Notes: generated by a model from the sequence alone, not told the origin. Positions 47,212-57,344 are shown, counted from the first letter of the stretch. The stretch is 64,000 nucleotides of DNA from Candidatus Saccharimonadota bacterium (GCA_017537745.1 JAFYKF010000011.1:100779-164778); one strand, 5' to 3'. Made by a program: numbers and translations.

Positions 47212-47373
47212 GCATGGCGGAGAGAGGGAGATTCGCACCGAAGGTCCGATGTCTCGCTTTTTAATGTGCTTTTATATAAAGCATGGCGGAGGGAGGGAGA
47301 TTCGCATCGCAAGATCCGATATCTCGCTTTTTGTCCGCATTATTAAAATGCATGGCGGAGGGAGGGAGATTCG
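47212..47373 (-). repeat. 69-bp-period tandem repeats containing the tRNA-Ser 3' end
   Basis: GCATGGCGGAG(A/G)GAGGGAGATTCG at 47212, 47281 and 47350; the last copy is the tRNA itself. Confidence 0.95.
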
Positions 47374-47445
47374 AACTCCCGCTCCAGGTTGCCCCAGACT
47401 AACGATTTAGCAAACCGTCCCCTTCAGCCACTTGGGTATCCCTCC
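47353..47445 (-). tRNA. tRNA-Ser(GCT)
   Basis: GGAGGGA acceptor stem, ACGGT-TTGCTAA-ATCGT anticodon arm, long variable arm, GTTCGAATC and G73-CCA. Confidence 0.97.
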
Positions 47446-47514
47446 AATAAACTAATTTTATCATATTTTCCTCTAAAATTATACTATTTTTCCAAAAAAT
47501 GTTATAATAAGGTT

Positions 47515-47985
47515 ATGACTAAGACACAACTCCAGCCAGTCTCCTGGCAAGCACAAGAATATATTATTAGAGATCACAATACAGTTTGGTACATCGGCCT
47601 TGCCATTGTTGCATTAGCTCTTAGCGCTTTAGCTATCTGGTTGCAAGGTTGGACTTTTCTTGCTCTCATCATTCTCAGCGTAATCACCATCATCATCTAC
47701 ATCAACCGTCCACCACGCACCATAAAGTACCATATTGACAATAAGGGAATCAAAGAAGGCAATACCTTCCATCCATATGGTAATTTCCGCGCCTTTGGCA
47801 TTTTAAAAGAGGGGGAACATTACTCAGCTGTTCTCATCCCCAAAAAACGTTTCGGCCTTCAAGTAAAAATCTATTTCCCAGAGGGAAGCGGTGAGCCAAT
47901 TGTCGACCAACTTGGCAATCATCTCCCCATGGAAGAAGTAAAACCAGATCTGCTCGACAAACTCGTAAACCTATTGCGCATTTAA
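47515..47985 (+). CDS. conserved membrane protein with two TM helices (DUF5673-like)
   Basis: W.A.EY, two TM segments and PKKRF; the ATG at 47515 lies 6 nt after TGTTATAAT. Confidence 0.7.
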   Translation: MTKTQLQPVSWQAQEYIIRDHNTVWYIGLAIVALALSALAIWLQGWTFLALIILSVITIIIYINRPPRTIKYHIDNKGIKEGNTFHPYGNFRAFGILKEGEHYSAVLIPKKRFGLQVKIYFPEGSGEPIVDQLGNHLPMEEVKPDLLDKLVNLLRI

Positions 47986-48043
47986 AAAGACTGTGCTACA
48001 ATAGAAGAAACCATAATAATTTTAAAAACTAGGTGGGCAAAAA

Positions 48044-48559
48044 ATGAATCCAAATCCAACAACTGATGATGATTTGCAAAAAGCAATCGATGATATAACT
48101 AATAATACCAACAACGATCCCGTTTTTGATGATACTATTGCAATTCCAGAACCAGCTCCAGCTCCAAAGCCAACCCCAGCGCCCAAGCCAGTAGCCTCCT
48201 TCCCAGAAGTAGGTATGCCACCTGCGCCAAAACCACCAAAGGCTCCTTCATTTAGACCAGCCCCAAAGCCACAGGCTCCAAAGCCAGCCCCCGCTCCAAT
48301 GCCCCAACCAGAAGAAGCCGAACCTAGCCCAGCGCAAGGAGAATTCCACGATGTACGTGAATCCGTACTACGTGATTTGGCTCCAATGGTAAACGGACTC
48401 GACATCGACGCCAAAAAGAAATTTGACATCTACAAGAATATTCGCGAAGAACTGCATGATGATTCAGTTATTGCCTCTGCCTACGAAGTGTCAAAGGAAA
48501 TCACAGACGACGGTGAACGTGCCGACGCTCTCCTCTACCTATATGATTCATTAAAGTAA
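48044..48559 (+). CDS. proline-rich hypothetical protein
   Basis: DDDLQKAID N-terminus, PAPK repeats and a helical C-terminus. Confidence 0.75.
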   Translation: MNPNPTTDDDLQKAIDDITNNTNNDPVFDDTIAIPEPAPAPKPTPAPKPVASFPEVGMPPAPKPPKAPSFRPAPKPQAPKPAPAPMPQPEEAEPSPAQGEFHDVRESVLRDLAPMVNGLDIDAKKKFDIYKNIREELHDDSVIASAYEVSKEITDDGERADALLYLYDSLK

Positions 48560-48564
48560 TCACA

Positions 48565-48594
48565 AAAAAATAGCCCCTCACGGGGCTATTTTTT
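48565..48594. terminator. bidirectional terminator (groEL / proline-rich gene)
   Basis: AAAAAATAGCCCC-tcac-GGGGCTATTTTTT. Confidence 0.9.
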
Positions 48595-50209
48595 AATACA
48601 TCCCGCCCATGTCCGGAGTAGCGGGTTTTTCCTCCGGAATTTCGCAAATCAGCGCACCCATCGTGATAGCCGTCGCTGCAATAGAAACTGCGTTTTTTAC
48701 CGCCTCCATTGTCACTTTAGCTGGATCTACCACACCAGATTTCTTCAAGTCAATCAATCCTTTCTCTGGCGCCATTACGTTAATACCGTACCCAGTCTTA
48801 GAAGATGCTTCAACCTTTGCAAGAAGAGCTTGTGAATTGAGTCCAGCATTCTCCATAATATGGATAAACGGAGTCTTAAGTGCCTCACGCACAATGCGCA
48901 CACCCGCATCATTACCAGACAATTTAGCTGCAGCATTCACTAGCGTCACACCACCACCGGCCACGATACCTTCGGCCAACGCCGCCTTAGTTGCTGCCAC
49001 TGCATCATCCACGCGGAATTTCTTTTCATCGATTTCGGTCTCAGTTGCACCACCGACCTTAATTACTGCCACCTTGCCAGAGAGCGCCGCCGCTCGCTTC
49101 TCGAATTCTCCACGCTCATAATCGGACTTTGCATTCTCCGCTAAAGCATTGATCAATTTAATCCTCTGAGATACTGCCTTTGCATCACCAGCGCCCTTTA
49201 TAATCGTAGTAGAATCTTTTTCTGCAATTACTTTTGCCGCCGAACCAAGCACCTCCATCCCGACTTCCTCAAGTTTCAAACCCTTGTCAGAAGATACCAC
49301 CGTAGCGTCGGTCAAAATAGCAATATCCTCCATGATTTCCTTGCGCCTATCACCAAATGATGGAGCCTTAAGAACAAGGGAATTAAACACACCCTTCAGC
49401 TTATTGAGTACAAGCAAGGAAAGAGCTTCACCCTCAACTTCTTCAGCAATAATCACAAGATCTTTCCGCCCAGCTTGTGCACATTTTTCCAAAAGTGGCA
49501 AAATATCTGCTGCTGCCGAAATCTTCCGATCAGTCACAAGTACTAATGGTTTCTCAAATACAGCCTCTTGGCGATTTACGTCCGTAACAAAGAAGGCAGA
49601 CGCATAGCCTTTGTCGTAAGAAAAACCTTCCACAATATCAGACTCCATCTCGAGTCCTTGGCCAGCTTCCACTGTCACCACGCCATCTTTGCCAATCTTT
49701 GAAATCACTTCAGCAATCAATTTACCAATTTCAGCATCACCCGCCGAAATGGTTGCCACCTCTGCAACTTTCTTAGAATCACCTTCAATTTTTTCTGCAG
49801 ATTTTTCAATCTCTTTCACAATCTCAGCCCCAGCTTTTTCAATTCCACGACGAAGCTCCATTGGATTCACACCAGCCGCAATCAGCTTGTTTGCTTCAGC
49901 CAAAATATTATAAGTCAAAACCGTTACAGTTGTAGTACCATCACCTGCCACCTTGTTTAACTTTTGCGCAGCAGTCTTAATCAACTTTGCACCCACCGCT
50001 TCACCGAGTGATTCATCTTTAGAAGGTAGTTCAACCGCCTCCGCCACCGTCACGCCATCATGCGTAATTACTGGTGCACCGTACTCTTTTTCGATAATTA
50101 CATTTTTACCCTTTGGCCCGAAAGTGACTTTTACTGCATCGTATAGTTGCTTTGCGCCAGATAAAACCTTTTCTCGCGCTTCCGCTTCATAATAAATCTT
50201 TTTTGCCAT
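48593..50209 (-). CDS. groEL: chaperonin GroEL
   Basis: GPKGKNV, AGDGTTT, KAPSFGDRRK, GIVAGGG and a GGM tail. Confidence 0.99.
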   Translation of the reverse strand: MAKKIYYEAEAREKVLSGAKQLYDAVKVTFGPKGKNVIIEKEYGAPVITHDGVTVAEAVELPSKDESLGEAVGAKLIKTAAQKLNKVAGDGTTTVTVLTYNILAEANKLIAAGVNPMELRRGIEKAGAEIVKEIEKSAEKIEGDSKKVAEVATISAGDAEIGKLIAEVISKIGKDGVVTVEAGQGLEMESDIVEGFSYDKGYASAFFVTDVNRQEAVFEKPLVLVTDRKISAAADILPLLEKCAQAGRKDLVIIAEEVEGEALSLLVLNKLKGVFNSLVLKAPSFGDRRKEIMEDIAILTDATVVSSDKGLKLEEVGMEVLGSAAKVIAEKDSTTIIKGAGDAKAVSQRIKLINALAENAKSDYERGEFEKRAAALSGKVAVIKVGGATETEIDEKKFRVDDAVAATKAALAEGIVAGGGVTLVNAAAKLSGNDAGVRIVREALKTPFIHIMENAGLNSQALLAKVEASSKTGYGINVMAPEKGLIDLKKSGVVDPAKVTMEAVKNAVSIAATAITMGALICEIPEEKPATPDMGGMY

Positions 50210-50232
50210 TTTTTACTCCTATAATTTAAAAG

Positions 50233-50252
50233 TTTTCCACAAGTTTTCCACA
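50233..50252. promoter_or_regulatory. two tandem DnaA-box-like 9-mers
   Basis: TTTTCCACA at 50233 and 50244 (11-bp period), matching TTWTNCACA. Confidence 0.5.
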
Positions 50253-50264
50253 AGTAGGTATAGA

Positions 50265-50519
50265 CTACATTGTAGCTAATACATCCTCTTCTTTTAAAAT
50301 AATGTATTCTTTCCCATCCATCTTAATCTCAGTTGTAGAATACTCTTTATAAACTATTTTATTCCCTTTTTTTACCTCTTTCACCTCTGGTCCTACCGAT
50401 TCCACTACTGCATATGCTGGCTTTTCTTTTGCCTCCCCTAGCAAAATCCCTGAAGCAGTCTTCTCTAGTGGTTTTTCCACCACTGCCACAATTCTATCTT
50501 TCAATGGTTTCAATGCCAT
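50265..50519 (-). CDS. groES: co-chaperonin GroES
   Basis: LKPLKDR, KTASGILL, VGP and EDVLA; start at 50519. Confidence 0.97.
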   Translation of the reverse strand: MALKPLKDRIVAVVEKPLEKTASGILLGEAKEKPAYAVVESVGPEVKEVKKGNKIVYKEYSTTEIKMDGKEYIILKEEDVLATM

Positions 50520-50557
50520 ATTTATTTTAACTCCTTTTCTGCCCCCATTATAGCAAA

Positions 50558-50584
50558 TTAGCACTCATAATGCAAGAGTGCTAA
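50558..50584. promoter_or_regulatory. CIRCE (HrcA operator) upstream of groES
   Basis: Perfect TTAGCACTC-ataatgcaa-GAGTGCTAA. Confidence 0.95.
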
Positions 50585-50609
50585 TCGCTATTTTTTATCT
50601 AACACTAAA

Positions 50610-51809
50610 TTATGCCAAACTATCGACCAACTCGCTAGCCTTCTTAATCATATAGGCTGCTTCATTAGTTGGAATAATATAAATCGGTTTTGAACCTTCT
50701 TCAGCCACATTAGTGAATCCAGCGCCCTTCTGCATTGGCGCTTCAGCCTTAATCTTAAAGCCCATAAATTCTAAATGAGACATAATGGAAGTACGTACTG
50801 GTATCGAACGTTCACCAATGGTAGCAGTAAATACAATCGCATCCACACCACCCATCTTTGCTGCAAATTCACCAATTTTCCCCACTACACCATCAATAAA
50901 CATATTGTAGGCGAGTACTGCATCTTCATGCCCTTCCTCTGCACCAGCAATAATCTCACGCATATCATTTGAACCGGCCAAAGCCATCAGACCAGATTCC
51001 TTGTTCATCACCTTAATAGCTTCTGCCGCACCTAGTTTTTCGCCGAGCAACGCCCCAATCGTTGGATCAATTGAACCAGTTCGCGTAGAAGACATCAAGC
51101 CCTCAAGTGGTGTTTCGCCCATCGAAGTATAGGCTGGTTCCCCATCCATAAACCCAGTCACCGAACACCCAGACCCAAGATGGCAAACCACCATTTTCTT
51201 TTCCAAAATTCCTAGCTCTTTAATCTTGCTAATAATATAACCGTATGACGAACCATGCGCCCCCCAACGCCCAAGGTTAAATTCTTCTACTAATTCCTTT
51301 GGCAAGGCGTATTCTGTATCCTTACGACTATCTCTTGTCAACGCTTCCGCGTCAGACATCACAAGTACCGGCACGCCCTTAAACGTTTCTCTAGCATTCT
51401 TAATTCCCCGCTCAGTCCCAGGCACGTGCAAAGGATTCGTCACTTGAACTTTTTCAAGCTCTTCCATTGTCTTTTCGTCTACAATATGATGTTGTGAGAA
51501 ATACTTCCCTGCCGCCACCACGCGCACCAATATACCATCCAGTGGATGTGCCTCATTGATGAAACCTTCCTTTTCAAATATCACTTTAGCTTCCCTGAAA
51601 GCATCATTCAAATTATCCCACTTCTTATCTACTTGGTATTCCGAACCATCTGCCTTTGTTACAGTACAGATAAACTTCTTTTTACCATTTATCTCTACAC
51701 CTTCAAAATATAGCGAGCACACCTCATCTTCGCCCTCATAAAGCGAAAACTTTTCACTCGACGACCCAGAATTTAGAACTAAAAATATTTTTGTGATGTT
51801 TGTTGACAT
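50610..51809 (-). CDS. ackA: acetate kinase
   Basis: LVLNSGSSS.K, NPLH, GAHGSSY, CHLGSGCS, TPLEG and PTNE. Confidence 0.9.
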   Translation of the reverse strand: MSTNITKIFLVLNSGSSSEKFSLYEGEDEVCSLYFEGVEINGKKKFICTVTKADGSEYQVDKKWDNLNDAFREAKVIFEKEGFINEAHPLDGILVRVVAAGKYFSQHHIVDEKTMEELEKVQVTNPLHVPGTERGIKNARETFKGVPVLVMSDAEALTRDSRKDTEYALPKELVEEFNLGRWGAHGSSYGYIISKIKELGILEKKMVVCHLGSGCSVTGFMDGEPAYTSMGETPLEGLMSSTRTGSIDPTIGALLGEKLGAAEAIKVMNKESGLMALAGSNDMREIIAGAEEGHEDAVLAYNMFIDGVVGKIGEFAAKMGGVDAIVFTATIGERSIPVRTSIMSHLEFMGFKIKAEAPMQKGAGFTNVAEEGSKPIYIIPTNEAAYMIKKASELVDSLA

Positions 51810-51841
51810 AAAAAACTCCTTTACAGTATTATATCATACTA

Positions 51842-54800
51842 TCATCTAGGCACATCAAAACTGCCACTCATGCCATCGCCACCACGTCTTTTTTCAACTC
51901 GCTCTTTCAACTGCTCTTTATAGCTATTAAACTCACTTTCGGTCATATTGCCACTAATCTGTATATTAGGATCATGCGATGCCTCACCGAAAGACATGCC
52001 TCTTATTGCATGGTATGTTCTCAAATCATCCAAAGCATCCTTTGCATCTTGTAATCTTTTCACATAATCATTATAACCTGTTTCACTACCAGAAACACTA
52101 GCAAGCAACGGAATTCCAGCAGCTTTCGCAGCGCTATAAGACTTATCACCTATTTTTGGAAGTTCTCTATAAGCCGCTGCACCATCCAAATAAGTCTTAT
52201 AATCTTGCGCATTCTCAATATAACTTGGAAAATCACTTCTAGAACGTGCTTCCTCATACTCCCCATGAATAGGAACTGGGATATCAGCAGGTGAATTGCC
52301 CGCAATCCTAACTGCCCTATCCGCTGTTATATCTTCTATAAATTCATTCATAGAAGAATACTGAGCATGTTCATCACTATCAACGCGAGGAGCAGGTGCT
52401 GGACCCCCACCAGCATCAGGAGCCAAAGTTGCAGACGCATCACCGCTCTCCATACTAGGTCGGACCCTTACCCTTACAACTTTCTTTTCACCCCCACCAT
52501 CCGGAACAACAGGAGCCTTAGGTCGAACCTTTACAGTTCTCTTTTCAACAGGAGAAGTCGTTGCCGAACCTCCGCCACTAGCACCACTACCGCTGCCGGT
52601 ACCACTACCGCTGCCACTACCCGAACCAGAACCTCCCCCCGCCGACATCACATCCCTATGATTATCTTTCCTCAATTTATCTACACCTTTCCTCACTTCG
52701 CTATCCATATTGTTAATGAGCTGTCGGTTATTCTTAACGATGTCATCAGATGCGCTCAAGACGGCATCTGGAGCATGCTTCTCCAACACATCGTACGTAG
52801 ATTTATTAATCTTTGCTAACTGACTACCGGTTACAGACACATCATCCCTCTCCGCAATCATATTATTAACCTCATTAATCGCATCTTGGCTCTTCATAGT
52901 TGATGCTGCGTCCATCAGCAACCCAGTATTCATAATCTTATTACCAGCATAGTCACCGGTGCTGAACCTTCTGATTTGAGAAAGCGACTTATCATCCAAG
53001 CCTTCCAAAAAGTCCTTACCCTTCTCATTCACATACTGTGCCATCATGCTTGTAGCAACAGCACCAGTGCCAGGAGCAGCCTTAGTCGCATCTGTAGTAT
53101 ATTTTCCTGATGCATCTTTATAGACAGCTTTAGTCATAAAATCAGTGTAACTCATACCGGCACCTTTTTTCCCATACGCCCGTAGTACTTTGTCTCTTGA
53201 ATTAGCCAATGACTGCATCACACTTGATTTATTCCCTATCGAAGGATTTTTCTCGAGCATCTTATAAATATCAGCCTGCATACCATTAGCCTCCATAGCG
53301 CCAATAAGTGCACTCATCCTTTGCTCTCCGTTAGAATCACCTAGCCATCCATCAGCGCCCTCCGCCACTTCTCTCAACTTATCTTGATTATAACCAGCAA
53401 ACTCTTCTTGTGAAGCTTTGAACTCCTGAGCTTTAAGAGCAGACACCGCACGTTGCTCAGCCGCCTCATCACTTAAAGCATATACCCCAGCTTTTGCCCT
53501 AGACTCACGCAACTTTTCCGCATTAATAAAATCTTGTGCCTTAGCCAACCTATCTTCTTGACGCTTAGTTAAATTGGTCCGCTTCTTACCATCTTTATCA
53601 GTAAATCTATTCCTCGTTCTTTGAGCCCTCTTCAATGCAGCCTGATTACTTCGATACTGCTGAAAATCCTTAAATCTATTTGAACTCTTTATGCCACTTT
53701 GCGCCGTTCCAGACAATCTCCTTCCAACGCCCTTTCCAGCCCGTGAAATTTTCTCGCCAATATTCCCTATCATAGACAACGAATTCTTGAGTAACTTTGG
53801 GATAAAGAAGAACGGCAAAATCTGCGCTATCATTGCCGCTATCATCAATCCAGCTCTACCACCATCAGATAAAACTGCCACTATTTTACCACTTAGATTA
53901 ACCAAATCCCCAGAATTAATTGATGACATAACAGACGCCACGCTATCCCCACCTATTGAAGCCAAGACCGCGCTAGCCAATCTACCTGCACCCAAAGCCG
54001 CGCCACATATTGGATAAACCACCAACAAAGCCTTAAATATACCATACCACCTCTTTGCAAGTTTCTCCGTATTTGGCAGAGCATAGCATACAATCGCCAC
54101 CGGCGACAACACTATTGCCAATATTATCGCCGATTCACGCATAATTAAAATAATAAACATCGTCACAACTCCAGACAACACGCTTATCAACACTCCAAGC
54201 ACAGCCAAGCCCAAAGCAGCGGCACCAACGATTAATGATCCACCTCCACTCAAAAGAGCAAATAAGAAACCAGCACCAGCCCCAAAGACGATATCTCCAA
54301 AGCCGCCCACTATTGTCATCCCGGTATCAGCCACCGGTGTTGCGATTCCCTCCGCAAAACCAGTCAACATACCACTTATCCCAGACCCTACAATGTTGGA
54401 TACATCAGCCATTAACTCACATATAATCCAGCTAAGGTTTACCAGAATTGCCACCATAATCAGCCGAGGTAAAATTTTCTTAATACCATAATTATCTATC
54501 CCTACGCCAGTCAATTGTGAGAAAATCACAACCAAGAATAATACTATAAACAACACATTAGCAATATTACGAATCACATCCCAAGCTTGCCATATTCCAC
54601 CGCCATCAGTAAAAAACTCCGTCGGAATTATCATGAAAGACTGCTCAATATAGTCCCAAGCCCACTCACCTATGCCAGCAATCATCTTCACAATTGGACA
54701 AATCAACCATCCAATTGGACCAGACCCAGTATAGCACGCATTAGACTTAGTTACAGAACCCGAATGCTGATCCTCAGGAATAGTATAATCAAATGTACCA

Positions 54801-56344
54801 GTTTCATCATTATTCTCCAACGTCGCAATTGGTAAAGCCCTCAAAGTATCAATAACAATGTCCAAATCAACCTTGTATTTAAAATGCTTGTCCGTCAATA
54901 CATATACATCACTACTCTCAAGTTTTTTAGGCGCAGCCACACCATAAACATTACCAGGATTTCTTATGACGCCAGAATCACCTACAGATGCCCAGCACTC
55001 CTTATTAAATGCCCAATTAATCATCACTGAACCACCAAGATTCTTTATGTAATCGAATGAAGGATCACCTTCACAAGCAACCGGAACTTTATATACTTCC
55101 CTCACGTAATATTTATATAAATCATAGACTTCTTGATCCGTAAGTGCCAATTTATTATAGCCATAGTCACCCAAACCGGGTATCATATTCCCATTTTTGT
55201 CACTCAATGTTTTTATGGGAACTATATCACCATACTCAGTTGTATTGATAAAACTAAAACTAACCTTCGAGAAATCGTTCTCAGGATTATCTATTTTGCC
55301 CTCCGAAATTACTACATCCGCCAAACCATAATATTGCGCAGGCTTACTATGTAATTCCGGCATTAACTCGGAGCCAGACGCCAACGGCAGAAGTGTAATA
55401 CTTCGCTGAGCTGTACTAAAATCACCGTGCGCAGACGTGTTTGGATAACCCCAAAAAGTCAGAGAACCATCTTCGGAATCGTCTACTTTTATCTTACCAA
55501 AAGAAGAGCCGTAATACATTGCACAGCCATCCCGCGCACATTCATATTGCATATCCCAAACCTCAATATCATCAAAACACCGATTAACATCTGGAATACA
55601 CACCCTATATGTATATGTTTTCTCGCTTCCTGGCGCCGGGACATTAAAGCCCATACTACCTACAATCATCAAAGCGCCATCATTGTCTCTTGTGACTGCC
55701 GGAAACACCAAGTCGGGATACTCCTTCTCTTCTATTGCATCACCATCTGCGTCAATTAATTCAAAACCAGAAGATTTAGGATAAACCCATTTCTCTTCCC
55801 CAATTTGTATACCCCACTGTATACTATTCAATATTAACTGCTTATACCCCACATTAGCATCTGCACTAAATTGCTGGTCTATGCTAGCCTTATAATTCAA
55901 CGTACCACTACCGCCCTTACCATCTTCACCTGCAAAGAAATCTCTTACAGCTGGAATATTAGCGGCAACCTCATTACCCCAAGGATTCTTTATTTGTTCT
56001 GGCAACAAACCGCCACCATAATTAAACAAGACCTCTGAACAGTTTAAATTATTGTCACTTGCATTAGTCAACCCAAAAGGCAACTTAACGGCTTCATCAC
56101 CACCGTCATCCCTCACAAAAGCTTTCTTCAAAGCCCCGTCCTGACTGTTCTCAGTACCAAATTCCCAGTTTGCATTATAGGCTTTAATCACATAAAAACA
56201 TTGGTAAACACCCTCCAGCGTTGCTTTAGACTTAGTCAACGAGAAGTCAACAGCAGAAGCCGAACCAGAAACGCATAAACTAAACACCCCCCAAAAAATC
56301 ATCAAGAAAAAAACAGCTAAAACTTTCTTACTCATCCGTCTCAT
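51842..56344 (-). CDS. second giant VirB6/TrbL-like protein (1500 aa) with long N- and C-terminal extensions
   Basis: Signal peptide, ~520-aa exported N-region, GPIGWLICP, W..IRNIAN, YGIKKILPRLIMVAILVNLS, SPVAIVCYALPNTE and a GS linker. Confidence 0.8.
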   Translation of the reverse strand: MRRMSKKVLAVFFLMIFWGVFSLCVSGSASAVDFSLTKSKATLEGVYQCFYVIKAYNANWEFGTENSQDGALKKAFVRDDGGDEAVKLPFGLTNASDNNLNCSEVLFNYGGGLLPEQIKNPWGNEVAANIPAVRDFFAGEDGKGGSGTLNYKASIDQQFSADANVGYKQLILNSIQWGIQIGEEKWVYPKSSGFELIDADGDAIEEKEYPDLVFPAVTRDNDGALMIVGSMGFNVPAPGSEKTYTYRVCIPDVNRCFDDIEVWDMQYECARDGCAMYYGSSFGKIKVDDSEDGSLTFWGYPNTSAHGDFSTAQRSITLLPLASGSELMPELHSKPAQYYGLADVVISEGKIDNPENDFSKVSFSFINTTEYGDIVPIKTLSDKNGNMIPGLGDYGYNKLALTDQEVYDLYKYYVREVYKVPVACEGDPSFDYIKNLGGSVMINWAFNKECWASVGDSGVIRNPGNVYGVAAPKKLESSDVYVLTDKHFKYKVDLDIVIDTLRALPIATLENNDETGTFDYTIPEDQHSGSVTKSNACYTGSGPIGWLICPIVKMIAGIGEWAWDYIEQSFMIIPTEFFTDGGGIWQAWDVIRNIANVLFIVLFLVVIFSQLTGVGIDNYGIKKILPRLIMVAILVNLSWIICELMADVSNIVGSGISGMLTGFAEGIATPVADTGMTIVGGFGDIVFGAGAGFLFALLSGGGSLIVGAAALGLAVLGVLISVLSGVVTMFIILIMRESAIILAIVLSPVAIVCYALPNTEKLAKRWYGIFKALLVVYPICGAALGAGRLASAVLASIGGDSVASVMSSINSGDLVNLSGKIVAVLSDGGRAGLMIAAMIAQILPFFFIPKLLKNSLSMIGNIGEKISRAGKGVGRRLSGTAQSGIKSSNRFKDFQQYRSNQAALKRAQRTRNRFTDKDGKKRTNLTKRQEDRLAKAQDFINAEKLRESRAKAGVYALSDEAAEQRAVSALKAQEFKASQEEFAGYNQDKLREVAEGADGWLGDSNGEQRMSALIGAMEANGMQADIYKMLEKNPSIGNKSSVMQSLANSRDKVLRAYGKKGAGMSYTDFMTKAVYKDASGKYTTDATKAAPGTGAVATSMMAQYVNEKGKDFLEGLDDKSLSQIRRFSTGDYAGNKIMNTGLLMDAASTMKSQDAINEVNNMIAERDDVSVTGSQLAKINKSTYDVLEKHAPDAVLSASDDIVKNNRQLINNMDSEVRKGVDKLRKDNHRDVMSAGGGSGSGSGSGSGTGSGSGASGGGSATTSPVEKRTVKVRPKAPVVPDGGGEKKVVRVRVRPSMESGDASATLAPDAGGGPAPAPRVDSDEHAQYSSMNEFIEDITADRAVRIAGNSPADIPVPIHGEYEEARSRSDFPSYIENAQDYKTYLDGAAAYRELPKIGDKSYSAAKAAGIPLLASVSGSETGYNDYVKRLQDAKDALDDLRTYHAIRGMSFGEASHDPNIQISGNMTESEFNSYKEQLKERVEKRRGGDGMSGSFDVPR

Positions 56345-57290
56345 TATTATTTTCCTCCGTTGTATTATCCGACATCAATTCCGCATCGTTTACTACTTTA
56401 TTGATACTAAAAACATTCTCAATGTAATTTTCAACAGCATACTGAGATTGTATAACTTTTCTATGAGCCGCTCTAATATCGCCTTCCAAAGTTCTAAGTA
56501 TCTTTTGCTCATCATCCGTCTCAGCTTCAAACAAACACCTCTCGTTCAACAAATCATCAATAATACAACCCTTGCTATCATAAAAATCAAGATAGTCTAA
56601 TTCCAATCCCAACCAAGTCTTATAATCATCAATGAATTCTTGCAAATAAGCATTATCACTATTAATGTCTCCATAATAACTTTCAAATTTTTCTTTTGTT
56701 TTAGCGCGACCTTCCCCTACATAAACAGGCACAAGATCATCCAATTCAACATCACCTTTTAGCATAACTTGTCTTATGTATCCCAAATAGTCCTTCTGCT
56801 CTTTCAACAAAACATTTAAATCACCTTCTTCTTCACTCTTAACATTTGCACCAAAAGTATTTTGGTACTTCGCCACCAACTCCAATTTTTCATTATCCAT
56901 ATCTTTCACTATCTTCTTGAAAAAATAATCATACCTGCCATCATATTTACCCACCGGCTCTTCCCTAGACTCACCATAAAGAACATAGTCTGCATATTTA
57001 TCAAAACTTTCTACTAAACCGCCACCATAATCACCACCAAACGAAGACGAACTCGAGATCCACGCTAACACTCCAACCGCAACCAACATAACAAATAATA
57101 TAACCATCGCTATTATCAGAGGGCGACGTTTCCCGCCATTTCCACCCCCACTATTAGATGAAGACAAAATAATATCGCTCCTTGAATTACCCGGTGTAGC
57201 AGGAGCAACCCCGCCAGCGTCACCGCTAGAAATTATACCAGTGCCACCAGAATCACCTTGCCCAAAAGAATCATTGTATGACGGTTCCAT
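56328..57290 (-). CDS. single-pass membrane hypothetical protein
   Basis: G/S-rich N-terminus, then KRR and a TM helix; overlaps the VirB6-like start. Confidence 0.7.
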   Translation of the reverse strand: MEPSYNDSFGQGDSGGTGIISSGDAGGVAPATPGNSRSDIILSSSNSGGGNGGKRRPLIIAMVILFVMLVAVGVLAWISSSSSFGGDYGGGLVESFDKYADYVLYGESREEPVGKYDGRYDYFFKKIVKDMDNEKLELVAKYQNTFGANVKSEEEGDLNVLLKEQKDYLGYIRQVMLKGDVELDDLVPVYVGEGRAKTKEKFESYYGDINSDNAYLQEFIDDYKTWLGLELDYLDFYDSKGCIIDDLLNERCLFEAETDDEQKILRTLEGDIRAAHRKVIQSQYAVENYIENVFSINKVVNDAELMSDNTTEENNNETDE

Positions 57291-57344
57291 ATAAAACCAT
57301 TATACCACAACCATTTTAATAAAGCGCAATATTTTTATATAAAA

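Noticed and set aside
47212-47373. 24-bp direct repeats with 45-bp spacers as a CRISPR array
   Set aside because: The repeat is the tRNA-Ser 3' end, the two spacers are homologous to each other, and there are no cas genes in the window.
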